Source of the DNA: Eledone cirrhosa
Lineage: Eukaryota
DNA length: 64,000 nt
Assembly (NCBI GenBank): GCA_964016885.1
Contig: OZ024743.1
Coordinates: 288,796,001-288,860,000, forward strand
Direction of reading: 5' to 3'
A model generated the notes under the pieces. That model ran no database searches. It was given only the letters and a program-made list of their open reading frames with translations, and was not told where the DNA came from. How positions within the stretch are numbered: the stretch's first letter is position 1; each line of letters starts with the position of its first letter. Below are positions 39,761-53,149 of the stretch, one piece after another. The position numbers were made by a program, and so were the translations under genes.

Positions 39761-39944
39761 GTGATCGTGTCTCGAGCTGTCCGCCGACGAAACAATTGTA
39801 ACACAATAAATTGAGTTCAGAAGCGTCACTTATTTTTCGTTTTATATTATATCATACTCTGCTCTGTAAGAGCATAGAGTGCTCTACCGGCATACCGCCT
39901 ATGGAAGCATCTAAGCTACCATCAGACATATATATATTTATTTA

Positions 39945-40725
39945 TTTATTAAAATAACAGATTAAAGTTTAAGCAAAGAATCGTTGCTTTCACCCTTAAC
40001 GGGAACTTCCGAAACTAAAAAAGTCAATCTGTGAACGCAGAAGTAAATATTTCAAAAAACGTTGCAACCGAAGGAAGACAGGAAGACGATACTTTGGTTC
40101 GTGGAAACGTTCCCTGGCAAAGAACGGAAAAAAACGAAGATAATACGTCATTATTTGGTGCGGTGAAAACAATTACACGCTAAGACAAAACCATCCTAAA
40201 TAGAATTTTAGTCTACGATTTCAGTTATACCATTTACACGGTTTTTACTTTGCGTGTAATTGTTCTCATTGATCCACATAATGAAGTATTATCTTCGTTT
40301 TTTCCGTTCATTGCCAGAGAACGTCTCCATGAACCACCTAATAGAATATTAGTCTACGACTTTATTTAGACCATAAACGTGGTTTTGTCTTTGCGTGTAA
40401 TTGTTTTCACCGCACCCAATAATGACGTATTATCTTCGTTTTTTTCGTTCTTTGCCAGGGAACGTTTCCACGAACCAAAGTATCATCTTCCTTTCTTCCT
40501 TCGGTTGCAACGTTTTTTGAAATATTTACTTCTGCGTTCACAGATTGACTTTTTTAGTTTCAGAAGATCCCGTTAAGGGTGAAAGCAGCGATTCTTTGCT
40601 TAATCTTTAATCTGTTTTTTTTTAAATAAATATTTGCTCTACGGTTCTTATATATCTGATATCTGATATATATATTTATCCTTAACGAGCCCTCTTTGGA
40701 TTTTAGACTTCAAAATTATTATTAT

Positions 40726-40730
<5 letters not shown>
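39945..40730 (+). mobile_element. Fold-back insert (arms 39945-40194 and 40380-40630) plus ~100-bp tail in (TA)n
   Basis: Arms are reverse complementary. The spacer contains a diverged duplicate of part of the arm. Confidence 0.88.
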
Positions 40731-40759
<29 letters not shown>

Positions 40760-40761
<2 letters not shown>

Positions 40762-41857
40762 CGTTTCTGAATTTGTTTAGCAAGATTCTTTATCTGAAAT
40801 CGTGTGTTGAAACCGATATTGTTATACTTTGGGAGGGTCATGTTGCCAATAAGAAAAACACGCACCAGTTGCTTTCACTTCAATTTATTATATATTTATA
40901 AATTTACAAATTTATAAATTTATAAATTTCTGGTTGGTTGGTTGGTTCCACAACCAGATAGTTGTTTATATATAGTCATAGTCCTTTCGTCACACACTCT
41001 GTGACCTCTTCATTGACTGGGGATTCCTTTCTTTGTCTCCGTGCCTCTCCTTTGTTCTGTCCTACGCCATTTTGTTTCTGTGTGTGTGTTGTGTGCTCAG
41101 TTTGCGCATGCGCCACATCCGGGTGTCTGTGTGTGTTTATGTTCATTTATCTATTTGTTTATTTATTTATTTATTTACATGTTATTGGTTGGATGTTTGT
41201 TCTATGTGTGTGTGTGTTTTCATTTTGTCCTTAATTGTAAGTTGTGATGTTGCTGTTCCACTCATATTTTCTATTTAATTTTGGTTGTAATTCTTTTATG
41301 TTTATTGCCTCTGTAATTTGTCTAAACATTGCATCTTTTCTGTGTGTAGATTCTATTTTTATTTCTATGTTCTCTAATTTACCCTTGTGTTCTATCTTAG
41401 CATGTTGGTAGAGTACAGATGATTCTTTATTATCTTGAAGGTCTCGCCAGTGTTCATTTATCCGTTCCCCTATACTACGAGCTGTCTCACCTATGTACAC
41501 TATATTTTTGTTTCTACATTGTCCTTCAGTACATCTTATGCTATACACTACATTTCTAGTTTTACAGTTAATATGGGGGCTTATATTACAGGTTATACAT
41601 TTCTTATCTATACATGAGGGTCTTTGGAAAGGGTATGTCTTGCTAATAAGTGTTTTTACGGAGGTACCTGGTCTTTCTACTATCTTAATATTGAGTTTAT
41701 GTTTATTTAGGGCCCTTCTAAATTTGTAGGCTAGTTCGCCTCTAGGGTTTGTATCGATGAACATTACACTCTGGTATTTATTGCTATCATACCATGAGTT
41801 TATTCTATTAGCCTTGTTCCTAGTTCTTTCTATTCTAGAATACATATATGTTTGCAT
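40760..41857 (-). mobile_element. PLE 3' fragment (GIY-YIG endonuclease, ORF 41231-41857) + 3' UTR
   Basis: CIDKKCITC..CKTRNVVYSIRC..YIGETARSIGERINEH..RQITEAINI..LNRKYEW. Confidence 0.88.
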
Positions 41858-42251
41858 GCATGAATGAATACACTAAGCTTTAGATTTAGTAGAATGTACT
41901 ACCACTGATTCCAACTATTTGCACTACCGTATATTTTGGCTTCTAGTAATTCTCTGGGGAATTGGTTGACCGAATGCTTTGCTTAATTGTTTTATTTATT
42001 TATTTATTTTCTAAAATATTTTATTCTTTCTCTTAGATTTCAAGTATTTTTTTAAAGCAAAGCATTGGCCCCTGAAATACTACAGTGGGCCCTGCAATGT
42101 TACTGTGGGCTCTTGGAATGCTACCGTGGGCCCCGTGTGGCCCACTTGCCATTGGGCAATCTGGCAACCTGGCCAGTCCGCGCCACTGTATATATATATA
42201 TATTACTCATTTACTCTTTTACCTGTCCCAGCCATCCGGCCATACTGGGGC

Positions 42252-42325
<74 letters not shown>

Positions 42326-42454
42326 CCCGAGTTCAATCGGGGGGTAAACACAGAGTATGGATTTTTAATATAGAAATGGCTTTTATAGGACTAGAACTGT
42401 TTCATTCGAAGGAAATGGTCAGGAAAGCCCTGATCGAGGGTCCTGAATCTTTTA

Positions 42455-42530
<76 letters not shown>

Positions 42531-42807
42531 GTATGTGCATGTACATATGTGTGTGTGTTTAAGTGTGTATGTACGCAAGAATATATATGAGTTCGTGCAT
42601 GTGAATATTTAGGGAGAGAAGTTGGGAGGGGGGCGGGTTCATGCAAAACAGAGTTTGAGTGAGGAAAGAATTGAGTATAAATGTAAATTATATATGTCAG
42701 TTGAGAAAAATGTTTAATATATTGATATATAAGAAAGAAGAGACATGGATGTAATGATAGATACATAGATAGGTAGATTGATAGATAGACACGAATAGAT
42801 ATAGATA

Positions 42808-43055
42808 AATTTCTTTATTAGCCACAAGGGCACAAAAGAAGGGGACAAATACAAATGGGGAGTTTACATACAGGTATATGAAAATAAAACTATTAATACA
42901 ATAACAAATAACAATTGAAATCCCCAATAGCGGGGAGGTGTTACACAGGGGTTGTACACACTCCGTAAACATGTTCAACCCTCATCTCCAGAAGCACCAA
43001 GAGTGAGTACTCCCTTCCTCTCTTCCTCTTTTTCCTCAACCTACAGGCTTATATA
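42808..43055 (-). mobile_element. Tx1-like LINE extreme 3' fragment in (GATA)n
   Basis: Reverse complement matches 15580-15811 (tgtatttgtcccc..aataaagaaat). Confidence 0.8.
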
Positions 43056-43140
43056 GAATAGATATAGATTTAGATAAATACATCGACAGACTGATATATA
43101 GGTAGACAGTTAGGTAGCCAGACAAATTGAAAGATAACTA

Positions 43141-45053
43141 TCATTTTATTTGCCACCAGGGCATCAAAGAGTGGGACAAGTACAATGGGGGGAGTTTACA
43201 TAAAAAGGCGTCCTCAATAAGGAGGAGGCAATAACAAAATATAAAAATAATATATAAAATATGACAAAAATAAATTTAGTAACAAACTCCTCAATAGTGA
43301 GGAGGCGCCTTGGGAGGTCGCACCCCCCCCCGAAAATGTGTGCAACCCTTCTCCTCAGGAGCACAGAGAGGGGTTGCTCCCTTGATCTTTCATCTTCCTC
43401 ACCTATAGTCTGATGTAGAGTGAAGGCCCATTCACACGGGCCATTCTCGCCACTTTCACCCATCTTTCATAAAAACGGCTGGGGTGCAGCACCTCTCTCT
43501 CCATCCTGATCCTTCTTCCGAAATGATATCGGAAGAAACGGACCAGTTGTTGGCCAGAGAGAAAGGTGTCTGACCTCAGTCCTTTCAGACGCGTCCACCA
43601 TACAACCTCTTTCGCCATGGCTATTACGCACAGAAACACCGCCTCTTCTTCATTTTTGAAGAGGAGAGGCGGCTTGATCGTTACAATAGACTCGGTGGTC
43701 AACCAGATCGGTCCCACCCTTGACAGCAGTTGTTCGACATAGCCCCACAGATCGGCAATGCCCGAGTAGTGAACCAATGCGTGTGCAACGGTTTCCTCGT
43801 CGCACACGCAGCTGGGACAGATTTTTTTCGAGGGGTCCCTACCCGGGCACCCGTGTCTGTAGAGCCTTTCTCGAACGGGCAGAGCCCCTCGGTAGCACTG
43901 CCAGACCAGGGACCTCTGGAAGTTATCCATGGGTCCCGGGCTGAATGTCCTACCGAACAGGTTGGCCAGTTCGTCTTCCTCCATGCCTAGGGCTTCTCCG
44001 GGGGTGTCGTCGCACCTGCTAACCACCAGCCCTCTATAGAATGACGGGGTGGATTCTCCACTGACAGCAGGGTCCGCCTGCCAGAGATCCGTGAGCGCCT
44101 GGGCACACTCGGTGTTCCAGGCGCCCAGTTTTCTCGGTCTTTGCTTGGCCCAGGATTGCAGCTCGGCGAGCGAGACGAGTCTGGGAAAGGCTCGCCTCAC
44201 AAACGGGGCCCACACCGGTTGACCGGTGAGGAATACCTGGAGGTGCCGTAGCCTTAATGCGTGTTTACGCATCATCAGCCACGGCATCCCCAGCCCTCCT
44301 TTCGAAGGGTGTTGACAGCAGATGGATCTCCTCACCATAGGAGCCCGCTTCTTCCAAAGGAATTGGAAGAGTGCGCGCTCCATTTTGGCGAGTGTTTCCC
44401 TTGGGCAAGGCACGACTGTCATGCGGTAGTAGATGACGGACGCTATATAAGTGTTCGCCATCTCCGCCCGACCTTTCAGGGACAGTTTGCACTCGATCCA
44501 CTTCTGTGTCAGTGCAAACACTCTGTTCGTTACCTCACCCTAGTTCTTCTCCACCTGGAGGTCTGGTCCGAACCAGACCCCGAGTAACTTCACCGGGCCC
44601 TCCGTCCAGCGCCCGACGACACCATCGGAGGGCATCGATTTGCCTCTCCACGTGCCGAGTTGCAGACCGATCGACTTGTCCCGGTTCAGCTTAAACCTTT
44701 TGTAAACCTTTCGTACTCCTCCAGTAAGGTGCCGATCGCCCCGATTTCCAAGGCCATCGACACTATTACTGTTTGTCATCGGTGTAGGCTGACACAGCTT
44801 TCCGCAATCCCGGTTCCAACGGGATGCCCTGCAACAACTCCAACTTCCGCAGCAGTGGCCCTAGAGTCACTACATACAGAAGGGAGGAGAGAGTGGACCG
44901 CGCGATTTCGAACGGCTCCGAGAAGTAGCCGTTCACCTTGACCCTAGAGCAGATGCGGCTGCTGTGCATGGCATTGATCCAGCCCCTGAAAACGGGTCCG
45001 AAGCCTGCCGCCACTAGCACCGCATCCAGGTAACCATGGTCGACCCTATCGAA
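43141..45053 (-). mobile_element. Tx1-like LINE 3' fragment (RT to 3' UTR), frameshifted
   Basis: ORFs 44766-45020, 44540-44779 and 43403-44521 are highly similar to the 12984-15593 protein. Confidence 0.92.
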
Positions 45054-45177
45054 CGAAAGATAGGCAAGATAGACTTATTGATAAGTAGATGTATAGATAG
45101 ATGAATGGATATATATATATATATATAATATAAGAGACAGTTGAATATTTTGGTGGAATTGGAGGCGAGGGAGAAAC

Positions 45178-45216
<39 letters not shown>

Positions 45217-45219
<3 letters not shown>

Positions 45220-45388
45220 GTTTCTACTTTTGGCACAAGTGCATTACTGGTACTTTATTTTATCGACCCCGTAAGGATGAAAGGCAAAGTCAACCTCGGC
45301 GGGATTTGAACTCAGATCGTAAAGGGACGTAACTATGCTGGAAAGCATGGCGTCCGACCCTCTACCGATACTGCCAATCCACCACCCT
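45217..45388 (-). mobile_element. tRNA-derived SINE in (TA)n
   Basis: Family consensus on the reverse strand. Confidence 0.88.
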
Positions 45389-45932
45389 TATATATATATA
45401 ATGAGATATATATATATATAGAGAGAGAGATGGGTGAGAGAGAGAGAGAGAATGAGAGACAAGAAAAGAAGCAGGAAGTCAGGAGGATGGGTGAGGAATG
45501 TCGTACAATATGGGGTTTGTATGTAAATAGATATGACAGCTGAAATGGAGAGAATGAAAAGTTAAGGGGGGTAATTTTATTGAAAATGAAATAAAATATG
45601 ACAATAACGATACACGAGAATTTTTGATCCCTCGAGTATAATATATACTTAGTAGTAGGGTGTGGTGTGTTGGTGTGTTTGTGTGTTAGAGTGTGCTATG
45701 AGTTCTATGTTTTGTTATTGGGCATGTAATAGATGTTGAGTTGTGTTGTTGTGGGGTAGAAGTATCAGGTAGTGTGTGTGTGGGCTTTGTTGTTGTTTTT
45801 CTTTTGTGGGCGTTGTGCCGTGTCCTGTGTACTCTATAGTCTTGCGATGTGTATATTTTTTTGTGTGGCACAGGACTATGAGTACTATACAGACCGCATT
45901 GCAGTACACACGCACAGACGAGACGTATAGAA

Positions 45933-46014
<82 letters not shown>

Positions 46015-46622
46015 ATGAGACAGTCGATCGACTTTCGTCAAAATCGGACCGAGGAAACAATGTTTCCGTTGGTCTTTCCAATTGCTAATACAAATATCAA
46101 AGAGAGGAAGAGAGAAAGAGAGAGAGACAGAGGAGGAGTAGAAATAAGGTGGAACAGAAATGAAACATGGATTACAGGTTAAAATATAGTCTAGATAGAT
46201 GTGAAACAAAACGAGGATGTAGTTTACACCCAAATGATTTAGAAGTCGACCTTAAATAGGAGCAATAACATTAAGATATACATGAACGACACCACAACAC
46301 TTTGCTTTTGAAAATTTTGAAAGTAGATTTATAAGTATGAAATTTCAAAAGATTTTCGTAGTTGCCTCTGTGGCCTAGCGGTAGGTACTAGAGACGGTTG
46401 AGATCGTGGCCTTCGGTTCAATCCTGGTCAAGGGGTATATGTAACCTTTGTCAGTTTTTATTTTACAACCCTGCAAAAAATCTGAAAAGATTTGATGGGA
46501 AAACATTCTTCTCAGCATGGTGAACTACCTGTTGTGTTACCACTTCTATATATATATATATATATATAAAATAAAATAATTAAGTCAAATATTTAAAATT
46601 TGACTTCGTTTATTAAAGGTGT

Positions 46623-46679
46623 ACTGCTATATATATATTTCGGTGACAGCCATCCTTGTCTGTGACATCTTCAGGCAGT
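46623..46679 (-). ncRNA. Canonical type I hammerhead ribozyme motif
   Basis: Minus strand: actgc CTGAAGA tgtcacagacaaggatggctgtcacc GAAA tatatata TA gcagt, with a perfect 5-bp stem I and AATAAA downstream. Confidence 0.78.
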
Positions 46680-46851
46680 CCGAATTGGTGTTGTAGAGAC
46701 GGGTACACATGTTGTTGAAGTGTTTAACTCCGTCAATACTCCGATATGTCCAGTTCTTGGTTGGGTTGTTATTTCTCTGAGGAACTGGAATCATATACTC
46801 AAAATTTATATATATATATATTGAGTGAGTGTGAAAGACTAAAAGTCATTA

Positions 46852-47042
46852 TGGTGGATTGGCAGTATCGGTAGAGGGTCGGGACGCCATGCTTTGAAGC
46901 ATAGAGTTACCTCCCTTTATGATCTGAGTTCAAATCCCGCCGAGGTTAACTTTGCCTTTCATCCTTACGGGGTCGATAAAATAAAGTACCAGTAATACAC
47001 TGGGAAAATTGCTGGCCTTGTGCCAAAAGTAGAAACAATTAT
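46852..47042 (+). mobile_element. tRNA-derived SINE, inserted in a repeat shared with 36690-36875
   Basis: Near-consensus copy. The flank 47045-47210 is the reverse complement of 36692-36865. Confidence 0.9.
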
Positions 47043-47216
47043 TGAAAATCTTTGGATTTCGCAAAATACATAATATATTTTATTGGAGAAGGTAAGATAT
47101 TTTTACGCCAAAAATTTGATTGCACTGTTTCCTTTCCACTTATGTATTTTTTGAAAATGTTATTTATTCATTATAAAAATTAAATGGTAGCCTTCAATAT
47201 TTTTAGACCTTATTGG

Positions 47217-47430
47217 GGTAGTGGATTGGCAGAATCAGTAGAGCGTCCGACTAAAAGCTTCGTGGCATATAGTTATGACCGTTTACGTTTTGAGTACAAG
47301 TCCCACGGAGGTTGGCTTTGCCATTCAGAGTCAATAAAATAAAGTACCAGTAATGCGCTGGGGTCGATATAAAGGACATTCTTCTCCTCTTCAAATTGCT
47401 GGCCTTGTGCCTAAAGTAGAAACAATTATT
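47217..47430 (+). mobile_element. tRNA-derived SINE (diverged)
   Basis: gtggattggcagaatc...aaaataaagtaccag...agtagaaacaattatt. Confidence 0.8.
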
Positions 47431-47448
47431 ATTATCATTATACACACA

Positions 47449-47488
<40 letters not shown>

Positions 47489-47504
47489 ATATATATATAT
47501 ATAT

Positions 47505-47690
47505 GGAGGGAGTTATAGTTCACTTGAACCGCTTTACTTCCCTCCGAAGAAGAGATATTATCTCGAAAATTAAGGACATTTAAATAAATCTAAGGTAAAA
47601 GACTAATTGTCAACAATATCTTTTGCATTTGCATTTGTTATTCTATGTCCATTCCTGCATTGTTTTGGCTTTACAAATTCAAACGTTTAT
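47505..47690. repeat. Short derivative of the 31718-32157 family
   Basis: ggag.gagttatagttcacttgaa joined directly to the arm ccgctttacttccctc...aaacgttta. Confidence 0.85.
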
Positions 47691-48072
47691 ATATATATAT
47701 ATTTGAAAGGGGAGTAAGATTCTATATAAAACAGTGGTTATAGACAACAAAAGGTGAAATTGGAAATAACACGGAAAATATATTTAAGAATCTGTTTTTC
47801 TTTTGTTTTACTTTTTTGTTTCGTCAAAGTGACATTATTGAAAAGATGAAAGGTACAATTTAAAAAAAAAAAAGATTTATAACGTATATAAAATATATGA
47901 AATATAACCGGTTTCATTCATCAGTGAAATCCATCTTATCAAATGTTGAGTATTACAATTAAAAAGAATTAAAAAGAATTAAAAAGAATTAAAAATTAAA
48001 GATTTAAAATTAAGTGTTGAGGTAGGTGTGTCCATCTTTCTTGTTGAGAAGAAAACGGATATATATATATAT

Positions 48073-48364
48073 AAGAAGGGGTGTCTAAAAAGTTCCTGGT
48101 TTGGGTTAAAGAAGATACAGCAGGATCAGTTAATTATGATTTTATTCGACATATTCCCCCTCTCAGATTCACACACTTATTGCAGCAGTCTTTCAGTTTT
48201 TCTAACCATGTGAAAAGAAATCGGAGGTTTGGCCCCCAACCAGGCCTCTGTAGCAGCGAGCACTTCCGAATCGGAGTGAAATTTCGTTTCACTTGAGATG
48301 TTTCTTCAATTGTGGAAAGAACTGATAGTCAGAGGGGAAAGATAGGTGAGTAAGGTGGGGGTAC
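48073..48364 (-). mobile_element. Mariner transposase 3' remnant with TIR
   Basis: Minus strand PPYSP..PSDYQFFPQLKKHLK..FHSDSEV; TIR-like taagaaggggtgtctaaaaagttc. Confidence 0.75.
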
Positions 48365-48389
48365 TTTACCAATTCGAAGTTAAAGTCAC

Positions 48390-48476
<87 letters not shown>

Positions 48477-48478
<2 letters not shown>

Positions 48479-48711
48479 AAAATAGAATAGCTTTCACCGT
48501 ATTTTTGACTAAAGAAATTTTAGCCTGATAATAGGGTTTAGAACCCTCAGATAAATGGAAAAAGATGAGTATTGACGTGTCAATACTCATTTTTTTCCAT
48601 TTATCTGAGGGTTCTAAACCCTATTATCAGGCTAAAATTTCTTTAGTCAAAAATACGGTGAAAGCTATTCTATTTTTCTAATTTCAAACCTGCTCACAGT
48701 TTCAAAACATA

Positions 48712-48715
<4 letters not shown>
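48477..48715 (+). repeat. ~200-bp palindrome (centre ~48578) plus ~35-bp tail in (TA)n
   Basis: aatagaatagctttcaccg...gagtattgac and gtcaatactc...cggtgaaagctattctatt. Confidence 0.9.
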
Positions 48716-48760
<45 letters not shown>

Positions 48761-48762
<2 letters not shown>

Positions 48763-48856
48763 CAAAGGAACTGTGGTAAGGAACCAGATGGACCATAACG
48801 CACTAGAGTACTCAATACTTAGGGTAGTGAGCTCTGCCGTCGGGCTCACACTTTTT

Positions 48857-48860
<4 letters not shown>
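48761..48860. repeat. 100-bp mini derivative of the 32980-33795 family
   Basis: Tail tgtggtaaggaaccagatggaccata..ctcaatact fused to the arm end gagctctgccgtcggg..ttttccta(TA)n. Confidence 0.85.
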
Positions 48861-48931
<71 letters not shown>

Positions 48932-49144
48932 GCGACTTTAACTTCCAATTGGTAAATATATATATATATATGCAATGATATTAAATAAATGGAAACTATA
49001 TTTATAAAACCATATTTATTTTATTATATATATTTCAAGGGCACCAAGACAACATTGGTACGCTTTCATCAGATAAAATACAAAGTTTGTTTTATAAATA
49101 GAGACATACACCTGAAAATCATCATACCTTATCGGTTGGAAATT

Positions 49145-49304
<160 letters not shown>

Positions 49305-50791
49305 GGGAGAGAGAGACGCGCACACAATGAATCTTCTTTTAATGGGACCCTTAAGCAGGAAATCAGATAAAATCCGTTGAAATCTAAATTAACAGAGAGG
49401 AACAGAGAGTGTTCACTACCTCCAACCTATTTCAGGATTAATGTTGTAGCGTTGTGATATCTTAGCACTGTACACCTACCAAACCGGTAAATTATCATAA
49501 ATATTAAACTTACTCAATAATGGTCTCTAATTTTGGCACAAAGTCATCAATTTTGTGTGGCTGGGGAAAGTGGATTATATTGACCTCAGTATTTAACTGT
49601 TACATTTTATCGACTTCAGAAGGAAGAAAGGTAAAGCTAACCTCTGCTGGTTTTAAACTCAGAAAAAAGTCCGAACAAATATAGTAAAGTATCGTGTCCG
49701 AAGCTGTAACAATTCTTCAAAGGCACAAATAAATCTCACTAAATAATATAATCGAATATAATATCTATATCCCTTGTTTTTCAAATTTTGGAGCTATTGT
49801 TCTAAGAAAGTTATACATAACATAAAAACAGTTTTTGGTATTTGGTGTTTGCTGTTTGGTATTTCCAAGAGTTGATGTGTAACAAACTCAATTTAGTTGT
49901 CTGCTGGAGTGTGTTACTCCAGTATAGGTGGGGTACTTCAATGTATAAAGAGAAACTTGTTTGCACGTGGGCACCTATTAACAAAATCGATATAGGTGTT
50001 AAGATAATTGCTGGAGCTCTACACTTTGTCTGATATTTGTGATCTCTCCGCCGTACACGATTAAGCAAAATAAGCACGTACTTAAAATCAGCATAAAAAA
50101 GGGACCTCAAAGAGATATTTCGAAGTATATCGAAGTTTGTTCCATGCACACAGTATATGAAGGTACCATAATCTGTTTAATTCTTAGGGCTTCTAAAGGT
50201 ATTAATCTGACTCAGCACTGCTCAGAACTTATATCTCCTCGATTCATTTCAATAGATTCTGCATCATTCAAGGATATTCGATTTCATCACATACAGGTGT
50301 AATAATAGTGAAACATCCATATTCAACATCCTTGTATTATTATAAACTAATGATTTACTATCTAATTTTGTTGCAGAAATTGTGGTATCATGTGACGCAG
50401 TGACCTTTTCTTGTGTATGCATGCTCTCCCGAGTAGAAACCTTTGCAGTTGTGGACTTGATAGTTGTTGGTCTTTCGTTGATAAAGTGGTTTTGTATTGT
50501 TGTACTATTGTAATATTTTCTAACTATGCGATTATGGTTTGGAGCGAGATATACAATGTTTTAATATATAAGACGTTTGAAGAAACCTCGTTCACTACTT
50601 ACACAAATAGAACAGTACGACTACAATTATTCTTATTCTGAAGAGGAAGCAGTGGTCTCGAAATGTCAACACACTTAGGGATGTAGATACGCTATTGTTG
50701 CAAACCAAACATACAATATGTTTGAAGCAAAAGATATCCCCAATTCATACACGTACACCTCTCTTCTTCTTCTTCTTCTTCTTCTTCTTCT

Positions 50792-50894
<103 letters not shown>

Positions 50895-51360
50895 TCTCTC
50901 TCTGTATACACACGCGCACACACACACACACATATATACAAATATATACATATACACATAAGTGTGTGTTTGTGTCAGGGTGTGTCTCTGTATGTATTTG
51001 TTTTAATGATTAAAAAAAATATGCTTAAGAGGCCAAGATAAACGGAAAGGCTTCTAATCTTATTGACTGTAGCAAATGGCTTTACACTGAAGGTAGTATA
51101 ATTAACATAGCGTTAGATGTGATATCAAGCTTTATTAATAGTCATGAGCTATTACGCAGTGATGCTTCTGTTACAGTTGGCTGCGCCTTTGTATTTGTTT
51201 TTCGTAGACAAATACATAAGAATCAAGGACGCTTTCTCGGTATATTTTCTCTATCTTCATCACTCAACCGTTTAAAATTTCACTGCGAAAGCTGCTTTCT
51301 ATTCTTCTTTCATTTCACCCACTTTTTAGTTGTACACACACACACGCACACGCACACACG

Positions 51361-51445
<85 letters not shown>

Positions 51446-51564
51446 ACACATTCACACATATACGCACACACACATACATATGGATGCACGCACACATACA
51501 TACACATACACGCACGCACACACACATCATACACATAAGCACACTCACACATACATACACACTT

Positions 51565-52010
51565 CTAATGGATTACTTTTCGGCAGCGTGTGATGAGTTT
51601 GGGCTGACAATCAGCCTGAAAAATCAATGGTGCTGTACCAGCATGCACGCGGAAAGCCATATATTCTACCATCTATATGTGTAAAAGGGAAAATATTGAA
51701 GGTGTGGATAGGTTCGTGAACCTCGGTTGTACTTTCTCCAGATCCAGCTCCCTTGAGGAAGAAGTAAGCTGCCGAAACAGGGAGAAATATTACAATAGAA
51801 AACGCCCAGTGGCGAAATCTGATTTCTAATGGTCATAAGGAATGTGAAAAGAAGCAGACGGCTTATCCTGAAGGGAAGCGAACAGGTAAATATTTTAGAC
51901 CGCTCCCAGAACGGGGTTCGAAAGAGAATCTTACCTGTGATGGATGCGGACGTATATGTATGACAAAGACTGGGTTATTAATCCATAGCAGTAATCATAC
52001 TCGTAGAAAT
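51565..52010 (+). mobile_element. RTE (BovB-like) LINE remnant
   Basis: LMDYFSAACDEFGLTISLK..VDRFVNLG..SLEEEVSCR and C-terminal CDGCGRIC..GLLIH. Confidence 0.7.
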
Positions 52011-53149
52011 AACACCTTTAATTACCCCATACAATTTGATCTTGAGTGTGGCATCTGTGGTATGGTTAACACGATACCACCAACATACCACGCCAATTCA
52101 CGTCAAGTAAGCGGGAATTTTACGTGCACACTCCTTGGTTTGATGAGCCATCTAAAGTGGCATCAACGACAGCAACATCAATAACACGTTTTTGCCAATG
52201 TCTGTTTTTTCTTTGTTCTAAAAATTGGTCGCACTCGGACCCGAGTTGGATTCCATTTTATGTATGTAGGAGCACCTTTTTATGTTTGCCTGGGTTTACC
52301 TATGTGCGTGTGCATGTATGTGTGTATAATATAGATTATATTTTGTTATATATGTATGTAATTCTAAAGGCAGTGGTCGATTTGTACAGTGTCCTTGCAT
52401 ATGAGTGTCTTGAGAGAGAGAGAGAGAGAGAGAGGAGGGGATAGAAGGTAAGCGAAATAGAAATAAATAAGAACGTACACAACATAATTGTACGTCTTTA
52501 TGTTTCTATATATCAAGTAGAGAAATAGTCGACAATATATTTATTTTTGTATATTTATTGATTTCATTTTAGCAATTATTCTTAGTAAGTAAACGAAAAT
52601 GATGCTATAATATCAGACAAACAAGTCAGCCATATAGAATCCAAATATTTTGTTACCCTCTCCTTGCTATTTGTTAGGGTTCAACTGTTACACGTCCTTG
52701 CTATTTGTTAGGGTTTAATTGTTATACATATATTTTCTTTTGTACATGTTTCTGATGTTTGTTTCCATCCAGAGTTCCACACATGGGGATGTACTATGGC
52801 TGAATGGTCATGAAGTCCGGTTCATAACCATGAGGTTCCGGGTTCGAATTCTTTGCATGGCATAACATCGAGTCGATCAAAGTCATATGCATAAAATGAG
52901 TAGGCGGACATTGTGTAGAGATCTGTCAGTTAGACTGTTCCTGTAATTTCCAAGTTACAGTTATGTTACATATTATGTAAAGCTGATTCTTGAGAATTAC
53001 ATTAACTGTACAACGGCCTGCAGAATATTGAACGGCTAAGACGATAATTCAGTGATTGGTTGAACAAATGAATATTATTTGTCGGAACTAATTGAACCAC
53101 ACAGCCACAACTAGCGATGGGCCTGTGACCTGCTCTGGGAGGCGTGGGA

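Noticed and set aside
40555-40600. HHR-like CAGAAGA-tccc..ggg-tGAAA in the 39945 family, and CTGAGGG..GAAAGCTA at 48605-48668
   Set aside because: Core boxes are mutated and there is no convincing stem I or UH triplet.
46361-46435. tRNA gene
   Set aside because: It has A/B-box-like motifs but no complete cloverleaf; more likely a decayed SINE head.
47906-47924. Stem-II-less HHR CTGATGAatGAAAccggtt (minus)
   Set aside because: No stem I in that register. An alternative U3-A8 reading from 47942 fits better but is also weak.
49811-50302. Short ORFs in a non-repetitive stretch
   Set aside because: No recognisable domain or consistent splice structure.
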